From positions 58,530,001 to 58,594,000 of the forward strand of contig NC_045707.1 in the NCBI RefSeq assembly GCF_009834535.1: DNA of 64,000 nucleotides, written 5' to 3'. Source of the DNA: Camelus ferus (taxonomy: Eukaryota). Of the stretch, positions 1-20,270 are shown piece after piece (positions within the stretch are counted from its first letter, which is position 1; each line of letters starts with the position of its first letter). The notes under the pieces are model-generated. The model was not told the DNA's origin, did no database searches, and worked only from the letters and a program-made list of their open reading frames with translations. The position numbers and the translations under genes are program-made.

Positions 1-2236
1 GTCTCCTGGTCTGCCAAGTTGGCATTGGGAATTTGCCTGTGGATAGAAATGTGAGTAAGCAGGATTACATTCCTTCCTTCTCATGTTTTGCAATACTTTT
101 TCTCTGGGGCGGGGAGAGCACTAGCAGTAAAGCCTTAAACTCTTTCAAACTGGATCATCTATACTTTTTGGGTGTTCTGTTGACAAGAGGCGGAATTACT
201 TCTTCCAACCCCCTGCTGACTTCTGCTCGAGAGATCAGGATCACATTCCTCTCCACCATGGGAGCTTCTTAGCGTACTTCTAGGGTTGTCTTTCGGTTTT
301 GGTAAGCAAATGTGTATATCTGATTACAGCTTTATCTACGAAACCCCTCAAACTTTAGCTGCCATGACTCATAGGAGTCATAAATCAGATTAGTTAAGAA
401 CATTTGGAAAAATAAATGCTTAATATTAAAAAAAAAATCTTTTATCAGGTAGAATATTCTAGATTCTCAGAATGAAATATCTTTTAAAATTTGATGTTTG
501 CTAGAAAGGGGATAATAGTAAATACATTCACATTATGTTTGAGTAAAAAAACTCACTGCTATTTTCTTAAAAATGCTGCTTTATAAAATGATACCTTAGT
601 ACTCAAAGCCATCAGAGAAGTTGGAAAATTATGACTAGTCAGGATGAGCTACGACTAGATTTCTACTGGGAAATAGGAAAATAGAATAAATTAGTAGAAA
701 GATGCTGGATTCATATAGGAAGACAGGTTAAATTTCTGGAAAACACGTTATGCGTAAAGAGAACATAAGTTGACCTTGACCTGCCCTAGAATATATAAAT
801 ACTAGGAAGTTTTATTCTCAACTAACTCCTGATCAAAGTTTGGTAGAAGTGATAAAAATGACCTCAAATGCCCTATTTAATTAGCCAGAAATGATACACC
901 TATAGATGTATATAAATCCGTACCTGTAAGCCTGTATCTGTAACCGTGATTCAGCTTTCTAGAAGGTATTATAAAATAACTAGCCAGAGCTGCAGTGAAG
1001 CTGATTAAATACAATTATTTATAATATGACAGTGCATATCAGTACGTTCTTTGTGAGGAACCCTCTGGACGCTTCAAAACATGAAGACTTTATAAGAGCT
1101 GTCAGTTCCTAAACAAAGCCCAGAATTTCTGCAATTGCTTAGAGCTCACAGTGTTACCGACTTTGGACATGAGTCACCAAAGCTGAGCATTGGTGTTTGC
1201 TGTATTTATTGTTTATTCCTCATCAAACTGGATGTAATTAACACACGCCACATTTGTAGTAACTGTATTTCCATGTATCGAAATTCTTCCCGGCCCCAAA
1301 AGATGAGTGATACAAAACAAACCGGAGAGATTTAATATTCCCCTGGTCATTAAAGAACTGTGTCCTAAAGATTAAGAGCCTGATCTCTAACTCAGCTAAT
1401 TCTTATCTAGCTTTTAAACTTCTTTAGCAATTCAGAAGGTAAAGGGACATCTTCATCAATGTCACAGAGCCTAGAAGGTCTTTTTAGATAGAGAGACTTT
1501 CTAACATTTATCTTTGAGCTACCTCTGTAACAGGCAGTTAATAAAAGGCAGCTAATATTACCATTCATCCGGGTGGCACTTGGCAGCCTTTTGAGAAATT
1601 ACAGCAGGAATGCCTGTTTTGATACCACCGCTAGTACCATGTCACTTTCGGGGCAGCATACAAGGCACTAGGAATCAAGCTGGTGGTCTTTTTACTTCTC
1701 TAGAACCATTACCTCATTTGTGATAGGAGTTGTACCCAGTACCATGACATTCATAAGATATTCCTGCCGTTGAAATCCATGGAGGACAGTCATTTTTTTT
1801 TATCTTTGATTCCCTATCAAACTGTTAAATTTTGTTTCAAAACTTTGGCTTAAATGGTGGTCTAACTCAAAGGCCCCTTGCCCTGTTAGGATCTAAATCC
1901 ATGAATTCCAAGGAAGATTGTTCGAGCTCCGGCTGCGGGATCAGTGGCTCCTGTGAGCTCTCGGAGTTCAACTGACTGCTTAAGTTAATTTGTACTCCAC
2001 CTGCCTTCTGTGAGTGCCATGAGTAGATGTAATCGGCTGAACACTGTGAATCCTAATTACCAGAAGTTAAATTAGCAAGTAGGGGACTGCCTGTGCTTAG
2101 AAATTATTTCATCAATAGCTTTGATAATTGCATTTTCCCCTCATAGCAAACAAAATGTTTTAAGAAGTATCTTGTTTCAATTTCTAGTTGGTAATTTCAG
2201 AAAACGGAATGGAACGAGAAGACATTTTCCCCCTCA

Positions 2237-8498
<6,262 letters not shown>

Positions 8499-8769
8499 TT
8501 AGTGATAAAACATTTATATACACAAACCCCTCACATTCATGGGCTATGAAGCTATTCAGTCCTTCATTCGTATTTATTGTGCTCCAGGCACACTGTTCTG
8601 GGTTATTTTATACATGTTGTTTCCTTGCCTGGAGTGTTTCCATCTTTTCCACCTCGCCCTTCCAGGTGTGTCAAATGTCATCTCCTCCCTTTTGGTTTCC
8701 TTGCCCCCCTCCAAGCTAGATTTTCACTAATCCATTCCTTCATTTCTTCCGAGTGTACCTCTCCAATTT

Positions 8770-8965
8770 GGCTTTTGAGTTTCAGTCCTGGCCCTGCCTT
8801 TTCCTGGCTGTGTGACCTCTGGCAAGTTGCCTAACCTCCCTCTGCCTCGGTATACTCATCTCTAAAGTGGAGGTAAATTGGTAGGTACCTCACAGTCTTT
8901 TTGAAGATGAAAAGAAGATGCAGTGCTGGGCACACGGCAAAAACTTAATAAATATTAGCTGCTCT
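8770..8965 (+). mobile_element. MIR SINE
   Basis: Core GCTGTGTGACCTCTGGCAAGTTGCCTAACCTCCCTCTGCCTCGG...CTCATCTCTAAAGTGG; 3' AATAAATATTAGCTG. Confidence 0.8.
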
Positions 8966-9139
8966 TCCTCATCTGTCAAAAACTGCAGGTCCTATTAATA
9001 TGTTCTGGGCATAGTGGAAGGGGTAGACATTAATCAAATAAACAGGAAAACAAAAGTAAAATCGTAACAGGAGTGAAGGTTCGGAAGAACTTGGTGCTCT
9101 GAAAATCGATCGTGGGGAGATTTACCCACTCAGGGCAAT

Positions 9140-9356
9140 GAGGGCAGTGGTTACAAAACCAGGCATAGATGCAGGCTTGGCCACTTACAGGCTGGGTGAC
9201 CAGATTGTCTACCTGTGCTGGATTTCTGTTTCCTTCTCTGTAAAGTGATGATCGTCATGGTACTCATTTCATCTCTTTCCAAGATTGAGTTAATATACTA
9301 AAAACTTTAGAATGGCACCCAACACATAGCAAGAATTCAATTAGTATTAGCTATAT
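9140..9356 (+). mobile_element. MIR SINE
   Basis: CCACTTACAGGCTGGGTGACC...TTTCCTTCTCTGTAAAGTG...TAGAATGGCACCCAACACATAG...TATTAGCTAT. Confidence 0.7.
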
Positions 9357-12136
9357 TTTATATTCAGGGCATAAGGCTAAGTGTTGAGTGATACAGCTCA
9401 GAGCACACGTTGGTACAGAAAACATGCACATCAATAAATACATAAAAAGAAAGTGATGAATACAGTGAGAGGAATTTGGATATGCTAAGAAATTGAGAGG
9501 AGGAAGAGAAAATGTTTTAGATAAGAGCAGAGACTTCAGATTTACAGGGTCTGTTTAATAAAGCATGTACAGATAAATCTATTCAAACACTTTTTTCCAT
9601 TACTTTTAGTAGCTGGACAACTTATAAACGTATTTTCTTATTTGGCATCCCTGACATGTGGTTATTAAAAAAAAAAAAAAAGGTCTTATGGACTCATGGA
9701 GGATTTCACTTTGCCTAGAAAGTAATTATTCAACTATTGAGATTAATCCCAAGAAGTAGATTGGCCGGCTGTAATCAAAACAGACATTGGGCACAGAAAT
9801 GGGAAGAAAAAGTGCTACTTTCTTCTAGCTCCATAAACATCATTAGTGTCAATGATGGCTGAACACAAGTCAGGAGTACTCTGATAAAGCAAAAACACTT
9901 AAAGATGAACCTCCCTTCCAACCTGAGAAACCCACTCACTTGGCTCTCTCTGCACAGCTGCCTAGTGCAGACCACTTACTCCGTGTACGGTTCAAGCTTA
10001 GGGAAGACTACTAGATGTTAACCCAAGGTCACGGAAAACCGTAACTTCTGAAGCCGTGTTTTCAGTCCAAGAAATATTTGTGTGAAAGTTACAGTTAATC
10101 CCACACCCAAAGACATGTTTTCTTACAGTTGTCTAATCTCTGGAAGCAATCCTGTTTTTCAAACATGTAAATGAAAGTAAGCTTATGTAACCAATGATGT
10201 CATTCGTAATACTTCATTTAAAAGCTTCTCCCTCTTTTGATCTAGGTAAAACCTTGTCATGCATGAACGAGAGAGCCTATGTATTCATTGCAAGCGAGAC
10301 AGTATTAATAATGACCCTTCATTCTGAGCCTCGTCAATTACTCTCCTGGTGGGACGGTGTGATAGTCTCTCAGAGAGCTACATAAGTCTCCTAAATTACA
10401 CAGGAGAAGACAGAGATCATGTGACAACTTCGAAAAAAGAAAATAGACAGTGAAAGCATAGGAATATTTAAAGGAGTTAGAGAGAGAGGAACATAGGGTT
10501 ACAGGAAGAAATCTGAAATAGTGAAACTTGAAGGTGAAATACAACCACTGAAAAACTTTTATTTTTGACTTTGATTTCTTATCGTGCTGCTGTCTTGCAG
10601 ATTTGCTTTCACTTGATCTTCTGAATAGCTTAATTTTAACTTGGAATATGCTATATTGCATATACGAAATTAGCAAAAATGTCCTCACAATTTACTGGCC
10701 CCTTTAGATAGAACTTTTTAAAAAGCCTAATGCTGTCATTTTGTGTACCCATATGAAAGCTGGACTGAATAGTTAATTAAAAACCACCATTTTAAATTAA
10801 ATGTAGTTATTTGCATAGAATTTTCACATGAACAATTTTACTCTATTTTGTAGAGCAACTAAATATTTAAAATTTGGTTAAGCTTAGTAAGAAACACCAT
10901 TCACAATATCATTACTTTGTAGTATTTATAGAATATGTTTCAGTGTTACCAAATCTCATGAAATATATTTTGGATTATGCTAAAATTGTTTTGAAGACCC
11001 ACTTATAGGCCAGCAGCTGTGTTACAGCTTTTCATACATTATCTCATGTCATCTTCATAGAAGTTTTGTTCATTATCCCTTCAATTTAACAAAGGAAAAA
11101 TTATATAGAGAGGAAAAACCATAGATTGAATAGTGGGAGAAATTCAAATAGGTTTTTACATCATTAGGTTACAAATGTGCCTATTATAAATGTATGCAAT
11201 GGAAATATCCTCGCCTAGCTTTGAAGCCTCTTTAATAGGACATTTTCGATTTGAAAACAGAAATGGAGAAAATAAATAACAGCATAAGATGCTGCCAAGA
11301 GTGATTTCTTTAATATAAACTATAGGTTTCAATCAAAAATAGGCTCATTGAAATATTGCTACTGGCAGAAAGCTATCAGCTTATTATTATTGCTACCCAA
11401 ATATCATTAAGTGAAATTTTAGAACATGAATTTTAACATTTAACTTAAAAGACCTTTCAACAGAAAGTAATAGAGTAATATAAAAACTCTTCATTGAAAA
11501 TGTTATTTTTTTCTTCTGGTTAATGAATTAATCTCATGTATTGTTTAACCTTAAGGTAAACAGATAACGTAAGAATTGAGTCAAAGTCGATTCTGCTTCT
11601 GCTGTTTTAACTTAGAGGTTTTCTTTTGGCTAAACCCAAACTACATTGTCAATGGTATGAAAAAAAAATCTTGATCATATATTCCTCCTTGAAATTTACT
11701 TCTGCTTTTGTTTCTCCTGCCCTTACCTGCATCTCCGTCTACGATTCTGACATCTTTGCTCTTTCCTTCCCCAGTCCCATGTCTTAGATGGAGTTGTTAG
11801 TCAAGGCTCTCTGCTCCTTGATCATTCTCACATTGACTCATCGTTGAGCATTCTTCCTCAGGCTTTAAACTTTTAGGTCGGTTTTCATTCTGTCTCTTCT
11901 TCTGTACTCTAGAGCTTTGCTCCCGACTGCCTGTAAACCATTTCCTAGGAATTTTTCACCTCCTCTCAGATCAGTTCTCCAAACCAACTATGTTGCTTCC
12001 GTCAGTGCTTCTGTAATTTCCTGCCTCTTGGACATTGGGTGGGAATTCTAATTCCGAAATCCAACTGATTAGCAAGTGTTGGCATTTCTTCTCTGATGCA
12101 TTTTACACTTTTTTACATCCATTTTTTGGGAAGGGA

Positions 12137-12819
12137 TTTTATTTATTGTATTTATTTATTTTCATTTATTTTTTAAATTGAAGTACAGTCAATTACAATC
12201 TGTCAATTTCTGGTGTACAGCACAATGTTCCAGTCATGCATATACATACATGGATTCATTTTCGTATTTTTTTCATTAAAGGTTAGTTCTCTGTGCTATA
12301 CAGAAGAAACCTTTTTTTTAAAATCTATTTTTATATAGTGGCTAACATTTATAAATCTCAAATTCCCAAATTTATCCCATCCCACCCCCTTTCCCCAGTA
12401 ACCATATGATCATTTACTATGTCTGTGAGTCTGTTTCTGTTTTGTAGATGAGTTCATAGTGTCCTTTTTTTTTTTTTTTTAAAGATTCCACATATGAGTT
12501 ATATATGGTATTTTTCTTTCTTTCTGGCTTACTGTACTAAGAATGACAATCTCTAGGTACATCCATGTTGCTGCAAATGGCACTATTTTATTCTTTTTTT
12601 ATGGCTGAATGGTATTCCATTGTATAAATATACCACAAATTCTTTATCTGTCATCTGTCAATGGACATTTAGGTTGTTTCCATGTCTCGGCTATTGTAAA
12701 CAGTGCTGCTATGAACATTGGGGTGCATGTGTCTTTTTGAATTAGAGTTCCCATTGGATACACCCAGGATGTAGGATTGCTGGATCATATGGTAGGTCTA
12801 TTTTTAGTTTTTTGAGGAC
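12137..12819 (-). mobile_element. 5'-truncated L1 (ORF2 C-terminus plus 3'UTR), laurasiatherian/camelid type
   Basis: Minus strand encodes the IDLPYDPAIL ORF2 motif (~12771-12801); typical CATCCATGTTGCTGCAAATGGC and GGACATTTAGGTTGTTTCCAT; T-rich tail at the left end. Flanks look like a degraded L2. Confidence 0.92.
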
Positions 12820-14259
12820 TCCATTCATGTTTTTTAATTTACATCTATTTTGACTTGTAAGGTTTGGGTCTGACATTACCTCCCACTTGATCTCCCTTCC
12901 CATCAATTATGTATTCTTCCATTTTACCATTTACCATTCACTGTCATCAGGCAAAACTGTCTAATGCATAGTTTTCAATTATTTTGTGCATAGCTTTCAC
13001 AGTCCTCTGTGATTGGCCCACTGTCCCTATTCGTCTTTCTTACGCTCCCCTACACCCACCTGTAGTCCCATCAGACTGCGTATCTCATTGTTCTTTGCTC
13101 AGTTCTGCCCTCATCTTTTTCTAAAGCAGATTTCTTCTGTTTGGAAATGCTATTCTTCTTTATCTTTAGTCATTTAAGTGGTGCTTATTTTTCAAGGCTC
13201 AACACGTTTCACTTAGTGTTGACAGATTTTTAAATAAAAATATTGTGTATATTTGCTAAAATTTCCCCACCCCTCCCAGTGGGAAATAGTGACTACATGT
13301 GGAATACATAGGGTGGTCTGTTAGACTAGTATAAAAAAGATGCATTATGTAAAAATAAAAAGACAAATCTGTAAAAATGTGCAAAAGGTATTTTAATAAA
13401 CTCCTTCCTATACATGAAATTCATTTCTTGCTGACTCAAAACTCAGCTCTTCGTAGGTTCATGACATGAAGCCCTGGTATTTAATGCAAGCACAATGAAA
13501 ATAATTTGGAACTAGTTAGAAATAAATTTTCAGTAGCTGGTCTTCTGTTGGGGGGGGGGGAACCCTGCGCAACTATTTTCCCTTATTGAGAGAGGCTGTT
13601 GTTTCATGGGAAGTAGGCAGTTTAAAAAGTAATTATTTAATCAAACACATATTTATTGAACATCTATTTGTCGGGCAATTTTCTTAAGTCGGGATACAAC
13701 GCTAACCATGGTTTGTGCAATCATGAAACTCACTATTGACTTCCCAGGTGTGAAAAGCTAGGTCTAATTTTCTTTTTTTAAGAGGAGCAAATTTCTCATA
13801 TTTGCTGAGCCCAGTCCTCAGAACATAATATGGTCCATTTTCAGATGGAAACTACATGGTTTAATACATTCCTGTGGACAAATTTAGAGCTCTAGGGGTA
13901 CATTTACTGATGAACTCAACTAGTAAATATTCTTTCTACAGTAAAAATGTAACTATCAAATTGAAAAGCATCCTTTCCCCCCCAGGGAGTTTTGACATGA
14001 AACACATTTCTTAAATTATTTATTTAAGGGTCCCTGACATATACTTGTGAAAAAAAAAATAGATACTCCAAATATTACTGTCTTTAATAGAGCAAGAAAT
14101 ATCCTTTTCCTTAATGGATGGTGAAATCAAAGATGAAAGCCTCACCAAGACCAAGGGTGTCACATTTATAGAAGGGAAAATCTTGGCATTACTGACAGCA
14201 GCCCTGTGTGTCAATGTGATGCTCCCTCCCATATCTGAAGTCTATTCATCAGACATGCG

Positions 14260-14536
14260 TCGTACGTCACACCTACAGAACAAGCAGCTGGGGAGAGGAG
14301 CTTTTTCTGATTGGTATGAGGTGCCCTATGGCTGAGAGGAGCCCTGCTCTTCCTAGTTCTGAGTTCTCCCTTAAAAAAGATGTTCTTTGCCTTCTCTTAA
14401 AACATCTGACTGAGTACTATCCGCTTAATGGTGCTCAGGAAATGTTAAGACAGCTTGAAAGAAACCCACATCCCCATGTTCTTGGGCTCAAGGAAGAGTG
14501 GACTGGCCAGTCTCTGAGGTACACCACCCTCTGACA
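14260..14536. mobile_element. Possible LTR fragment (family uncertain)
   Basis: GC-richer block ending ...CCACCCTCTGACA, an LTR-like terminus; no TSD found. Confidence 0.3.
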
Positions 14537-15819
14537 TGTATTTTCCACAGGTAACCTACTCGATCCCATGTCCTTGGTTCTGATTCCTTCCTCATTCCTG
14601 GTCACGATCAGCTACTACCATTTCCTACACTGGCAAACTTTTGGTGGATTTACTATGGGGTTCAAGGTTTAATCGAGGGTAAAATTTACTGATTTTAGTC
14701 TTTCTGCCTTGAATTCACTTTCAAGGTCATCACATTCGGAGTTACCGCCATTCCATTCCCATTCATCATATTAAGACACAACCTTAAACCCATAATGCTT
14801 TCACAAGATGAGCTGCGTTTTCCCCTCGGAGAAATGTAAGCTGGTCCATTGGCACGAGTCCTTGATATTTCAGCCAGGAGCCTCAAGGTGACGTAGGTAA
14901 CAGCATTGCTATGGCCACACCAAAAATTCAGCAATGTCCTCAAACATTTTCTAGCTTCAGCATAACTTTATTTTGTCATACGAGTGCCTCAGCCCTGCAC
15001 TGAAGTCTGTGTAATTCATTTTATAAGTAAGTTATCTATAATCTTCATTCTTAAATTTACTGACGATTTTTGCCAACTTCTAGGTTTACCCCTAACAACC
15101 CGTCTTTCTCGATTACTATACATTGATGCAAGATGCAGAGTACAATAGAAAAATAATAGTTTTGCTATTAACTGGGAGGAAAAATAATGTGTATTTCAAA
15201 GCTTTGCTTCTAGACTGTTGATAAGTAATTTTTAAAAACATACGGATAATCATTTTTTAGAAATGGGCAAAAAAAGAAAATAAGGCTTGCATTTTAAAGC
15301 TTTTTCTAAATTACAGAATGCAAAGAGAAAAAAATGCTCTGGAAATATGTGGATTAATATACTCACTACCAGTCATTGGAGACAGAACATTAAATGCAAG
15401 ATTTGAAATGTATGAAGTCATTCAGAACATGGGTTAAGATTAAACTAACCCTTCATGGTCAGAATGAAGAACTTCTCATTATAGAATGAAACGGCTTCAA
15501 AGACCATGCATTCTTGGCTTCTGGGTATTAAACTTACTTTTTCCTCACTCTTCAGAATGGTAGTTCTAAGCCTCCTTTGAATTATATTCTCCTCTTAAAA
15601 TAGGACAAAAGTTACGGGCTCTTGATGGGAAAACATATACCTGTGTGTGTTGTGTTTTTGTTTAAATTTCCACATAATTGGAAGTGTGCAGTATGCTTGT
15701 GGAGATGACAGTTCCTGGGTCTGGAAGACCACTGGGCTCTGAATTAAAAACTCCTTTCATGGAGCATCAGAGTAAAATTCAAGATTAGGGAGTTAGGGAA
15801 AATGCATTCCATTATTTGG

Positions 15820-16110
15820 TCATTGGTTAATCACTTACTTCATCCTGGCAATCTGCTGTGCGTCTACACTGTGCTGGGAGTGGTGGGGGAAACGGAAGAC
15901 AGAAGAGGTGGTTCCCTTCCTCAAGGAGCTTATGAAGATTATCTCCCAGGAAAAATGAAGAGATAGGAGGCAATACGGTGTTAAAGATGGGATTGAGTGG
16001 AATAGGTGGGCTCTGTGGGTGGCAGGTTAGAGAAGGGCGAGATACAGGGTCCTAGACTTCAAGGTCATGGAGGAGGTGAGCTGTGAAGCGTTGCCTGCCT
16101 CACCGTGCAA
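15820..16110 (-). mobile_element. L2 3' fragment
   Basis: GTCTACACTGTGCTGGG...GTTCCCTTCCTCAAGGAGCTTA...AGACTTCAAGG...GAGGAGGTGAG, typical antisense L2 3' end. Confidence 0.6.
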
Positions 16111-16132
16111 ATAGCATTTTGGGGACTCCGGC

Positions 16133-16224
16133 TTTCTTTTCCCCTCCTTTCCTTCCTGACTCCTCCCCTCCTGTCTGCCCCCCTCCTTCCTTTCTTCTTT
16201 CTTCTTCCTTTCCTTCTTTCCTTT
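16133..16224 (+). repeat. Polypyrimidine low-complexity tract
   Basis: About 90 nt almost entirely C/T. Confidence 0.85.
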
Positions 16225-18590
16225 GGGTTTAGGAATCACTTTAATCTAACTTATCACTCAGTGACACCTTGTTAAAGCTCTCAATAAACATGGACTTAAT
16301 GAGAATTTACATTAGTTATTTTTTTTAATCATAGTAAATGAAAAGATACTTATATGAAGTAAACACATGTAGCCTTCCCTAAATAGCCTTCAGAATTACC
16401 TTCTTAAGAACACCTTTGACATTTCTCTAACATAGTTCTGTTTAGCTTTTGAATATGAGCCCCTGACAGAAAAAAAAAAAGCAAATTGGGAGATGTGTTT
16501 GTATAAATACTCTGTAAAAAGGATCCAAGCCATTGACTTGAGTCAGCTACTGGTGGATTTTAAGGTGAATGGACTGTGTAAAAAACAGTAATGGAGGAAA
16601 GAGAGGCTCATTCATTCATTCACTTATCCATTTGAATGTCTACTTAACCGTCATATTCAAAACATTGGAGGAATTGTGAACAAGTTTGAAATAATTAATC
16701 ACTTTACAGTCCAGTTGGGCAGATCTGATTACTGTACATGAAGCAGTTGTGGACAACACCATGTTAACTGCTAAATTAAACGCGATCTTTGCTAGATTTT
16801 AATTCTACGTAGTCACAGCAATCTCATTCTACTTATCAAATGAGCGCTAGTTTAGAATCACTTTTAAAAACTTGAAAATTTAATGAAAAAGGAAATCTGT
16901 CTCTTTGCCTGTATATGCTTAAAAAATGGTTAACACAAAAAAACTTCAGTAAAATATGACATTGCTTTGATATACACAAAATCGCAACCTATACATTGAT
17001 AAATTTTTACCAGAACCTCTCTCCATTGATCTGATTTTAGTATGTGCTGTGCTATTGAACAAATGCACAGGCCCTCCTGAATAACTTATTAAGGTTATTG
17101 ACGTTTCTTCCTGAACGCAAGGATCAGTCTTGATAACAGAAGTGAGTTGACTGAAGGTCATTTTATCTGCACAGGTATTAATCAAATAATTAATTTTATA
17201 GAATGTCTATAATAATAGTCTGCTTTCAACAAGAAGGCAAAGTCATCCATATCTTCCCAACATTGAAATGTCTGAAATTGGACATGGAAATTGATGTTGG
17301 GTCTTCAGGCAGAGATAAGCCCCCTGCACGACTTGCAGAGGATTTAGATAAGGCTCAGGAACCCAGCAGTGTGTTGTCAGCGAGCTCCAGGGAGAAATGC
17401 GTTGGCAAACACAGAGGGATGCCAGGTAGGCTGGCAGAGATGAAGGCGATTTGCGGGCTAATGAGTTCTGAAGCTTTTGGAAGTTTGTAACAGTTTTCAA
17501 TCATGCTGTGGACAACACAGTTTTGTGGTTAAAGGGAAATCCACTTATCCTGAAAAACTGGCAGCGTGTCTCTCTTGAGTTTTGATTTCTAAGTTCAAAA
17601 CGAAAAAGGAATTAGGTCTCAGGTTTTTCTTCCCTTAGGAGAAACCGGCTTTCCTGACATTTGTATGAGAAGTCTTCAAAATATGCATCTTTTGGATTCA
17701 GACCCAATTAATATTTGGTTGGATTTTGATGTTTGAATTAGGTTAACAACTTTAATCTGGTTTCTGTCTTTGACAAAGATTGGCCAAAGGAAAAAAAAAT
17801 CTGTTCCAAGAATTGAACATGGCAGCTGTTGGTAACTTTGGGATAATTCAATAGTTGAGTAGCTACTTGTTCCTTTACTAAGCGATTTAATGTTATTAAA
17901 TCCAGTTATGCTAAAGGAACATCAGCTAAAGGGGCAGATATATTCCCTGATCCCCTAAATCCCTGATCCCCTGTGCTCTTTTATCACGGTTAGAAGAAAC
18001 AAACAAACAAAAATGCCACTTGGTTTGATCACCTGCTTTGGGGAAGGATGTTTTCCCCTGTACTTCCTGTTTATTATTCTGGGAGCAGATGACACGTTTT
18101 TAGAATTCTCGGTCACTTGGAGAGATTTGATTGTACTGACAGGAGAACCGTGTGGCTGCTGTGCATAAGCGAAGAAGAGCAGGAGGTTTGAGTCTTTTCA
18201 GTCATGAGAGGGAAGGGTCAGGTTCATTAATTTCATTAGTATACAAAGTGACAGGTAGACAGTGCAAACGAAGCCACTGGCTTGTCTGTCTCTCCATGGG
18301 ACATTTTTCCTTGATGATTCAGTGGATTGCTGCGGCTACTGACCCAACTGACTAATTTTCCTCTCCCAGCTGTTTCCTGTTTCTCTCAATCTATTTCTCT
18401 CCACGGCAGTGTTACCTGTCCGGTGCCCAGTCTGTGGCATCATTTCTTCCTGTGTGTCCTGGTTCTTGGATGTGAACTTTCATTTCTTGTCTATAGCTCC
18501 CATGATCCTTAATTTTTTTTTTTCAATGCTTAAAAATTTTTTTCCTAGATAGTTGTGATATATAGAGTTTTTAAACTTTATTTTCCTGTT

Positions 18591-18712
18591 GGGGAGGGGG
18601 TAGGGGGAGGTAATTAGGTTTATTTATCTATTTTTAGTGGAGGTACTGGGATTTGAACTCAGGACCTCCTGCGTGCTAGGCATGAGCTCTACCACTGAGC
18701 TATAACCTCCCC
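18591..18712 (-). mobile_element. tRNA-derived SINE, Vic-1-like (camelid)
   Basis: Reverse complement GGGGAGGTTATAGCTCAGTGGTAGAG...GTCCTGAGTTCAAATCCCAGTACCTCC...AAACCTAATTACCTCCCCC; Pol III A and B boxes; alignable by eye to four other copies. Confidence 0.88.
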
Positions 18713-20044
18713 AACCTTGATTTATTTTCTGTTCTTGCTTTGGAAGGGGTTTCCCTAGGCCAATCAGTCTTATGTCTAGTGATTTTTTTCCCTCTGTTTT
18801 TTCCCTTTTAAATATTATCCCTCTTCTGTTTAGACCTTGTACTTCTAAGCGGTGCAACAGTGAGCACGTGGCTCAAGGCCCTGCACAAATCGTGCTGGGT
18901 TTTGTAGGTTCCTCTCAGATCTCCACTAAGAATGTAGATTTCCCTTTATTCTCTTTATCAAACTCAGCTATTTCTTCCTTTAAATGACTCTGAGCAGACT
19001 TCCTCCAAGTGTCTACCTGAGTAGCACCACTCAGGAGCCCTGTATGTTGTCCGTCATCCACGTTCATTTATGCCTCTGCCTTGTGTTACTACATACTGAG
19101 CCTTGTTTTCTAGTGGTGATCTGTCTCTTCCACGTGAGGAGGACACTATTCCCTTCCTTTCTTTTGCCTTCTATAAAGTATCAATTGGGTTGGGCATGTG
19201 GTAAGTCTTAAATGCTTACTGAACGAACGAAAGAATAATTAGATGCAGAGAGTCTTTTTCAAATATCGTTTCCACATAGTGAGGGCCTGGCTCTGTGGGA
19301 CACCTTGTAGAAGCTAAAAAGTACATTAAAAAATACTACAGATCAAATCTTGCTAAAAACTTCAGAGATATGTCAACTTTCCAGATTATTTAGAAAATCT
19401 GTGCAAGTATCTCTTATTTTTAAATTCTAGGTAGACTATAGAAAACGCAGTAAGACTCATTTTTTTCTGTCAATTATTTTTTCTAAATAATTTTTATATT
19501 GTATACCCCCTTGAAAAGAGTCTCTTAAAATTGTACTAGTAATGCTGATAATGGTTTTCTCTTTCTCATATCGAGCACCTGCAGTATCTAATAATTCAGT
19601 TTCTCATTGATACAATTTTTTCATTTTATGATACCTTTTTGCATTATCTTAACTGATTTGACCCTAAAAGGCAAATGGTGGAGTAGCTAGAATACATAAT
19701 CATTGTCTCCACTTAAGGGATTAGAAAATTGAGGATCTGAAATGTGGCTTCTGTGATGTAATTCCCATTAGAGTTGGGATCAGATTTAGGTCTTTGGGGT
19801 TCAATTTTCATGCTCTTTCCGTATATTCGGACAGTCTTTTGTGTCCACACTGAAAAGTGAGCGAATATTGACTAATTACTGCTAAGAAGCATTCAGTTTT
19901 GTGAACACATTTGTACATTACTGTCAGGCTTCTTTGAACTGAAATAATCTTTAGTTGTGGATGCCAAATCAATGAAAATCATTTGTCAAAAAATATTGTT
20001 GATAATAATTGTAACAACAGGGCCATGTCAGATAAAAAAAAAAA

Positions 20045-20270
20045 TGATCTTGGATCTTGACTCCAAGTTCTGCCGCTTAAATTGCTAAATAAATCTGATC
20101 AAGTTATTTAAACTTTCTGAACTTGAGTTTCACCATCTGTGTTGTAGGAGGTGGGTGGAGCAAGGAGATAATGAGAGAAACTCTGATTTGTAATATGTAA
20201 ATTTGTGAAGTACTTAGAATGGTGGATAATACGAAGGGAAGTTTTAAATGTCAGTTTTCATTATTATTTG
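20045..20270 (+). mobile_element. MIR SINE
   Basis: CAAGTTATTTAAACTTTCTGAACTTGAGTTTTCACCATCTGT...ATGTAAA...GTACTTAGAATGGT. Confidence 0.65.

Noticed and set aside
364..381. AP-1 site TGACTCA in a 7-bp inverted repeat, and other scattered TGA(C/G)TCA sites
   Set aside because: 7-mers are expected repeatedly by chance in 64 kb; no clustering seen.
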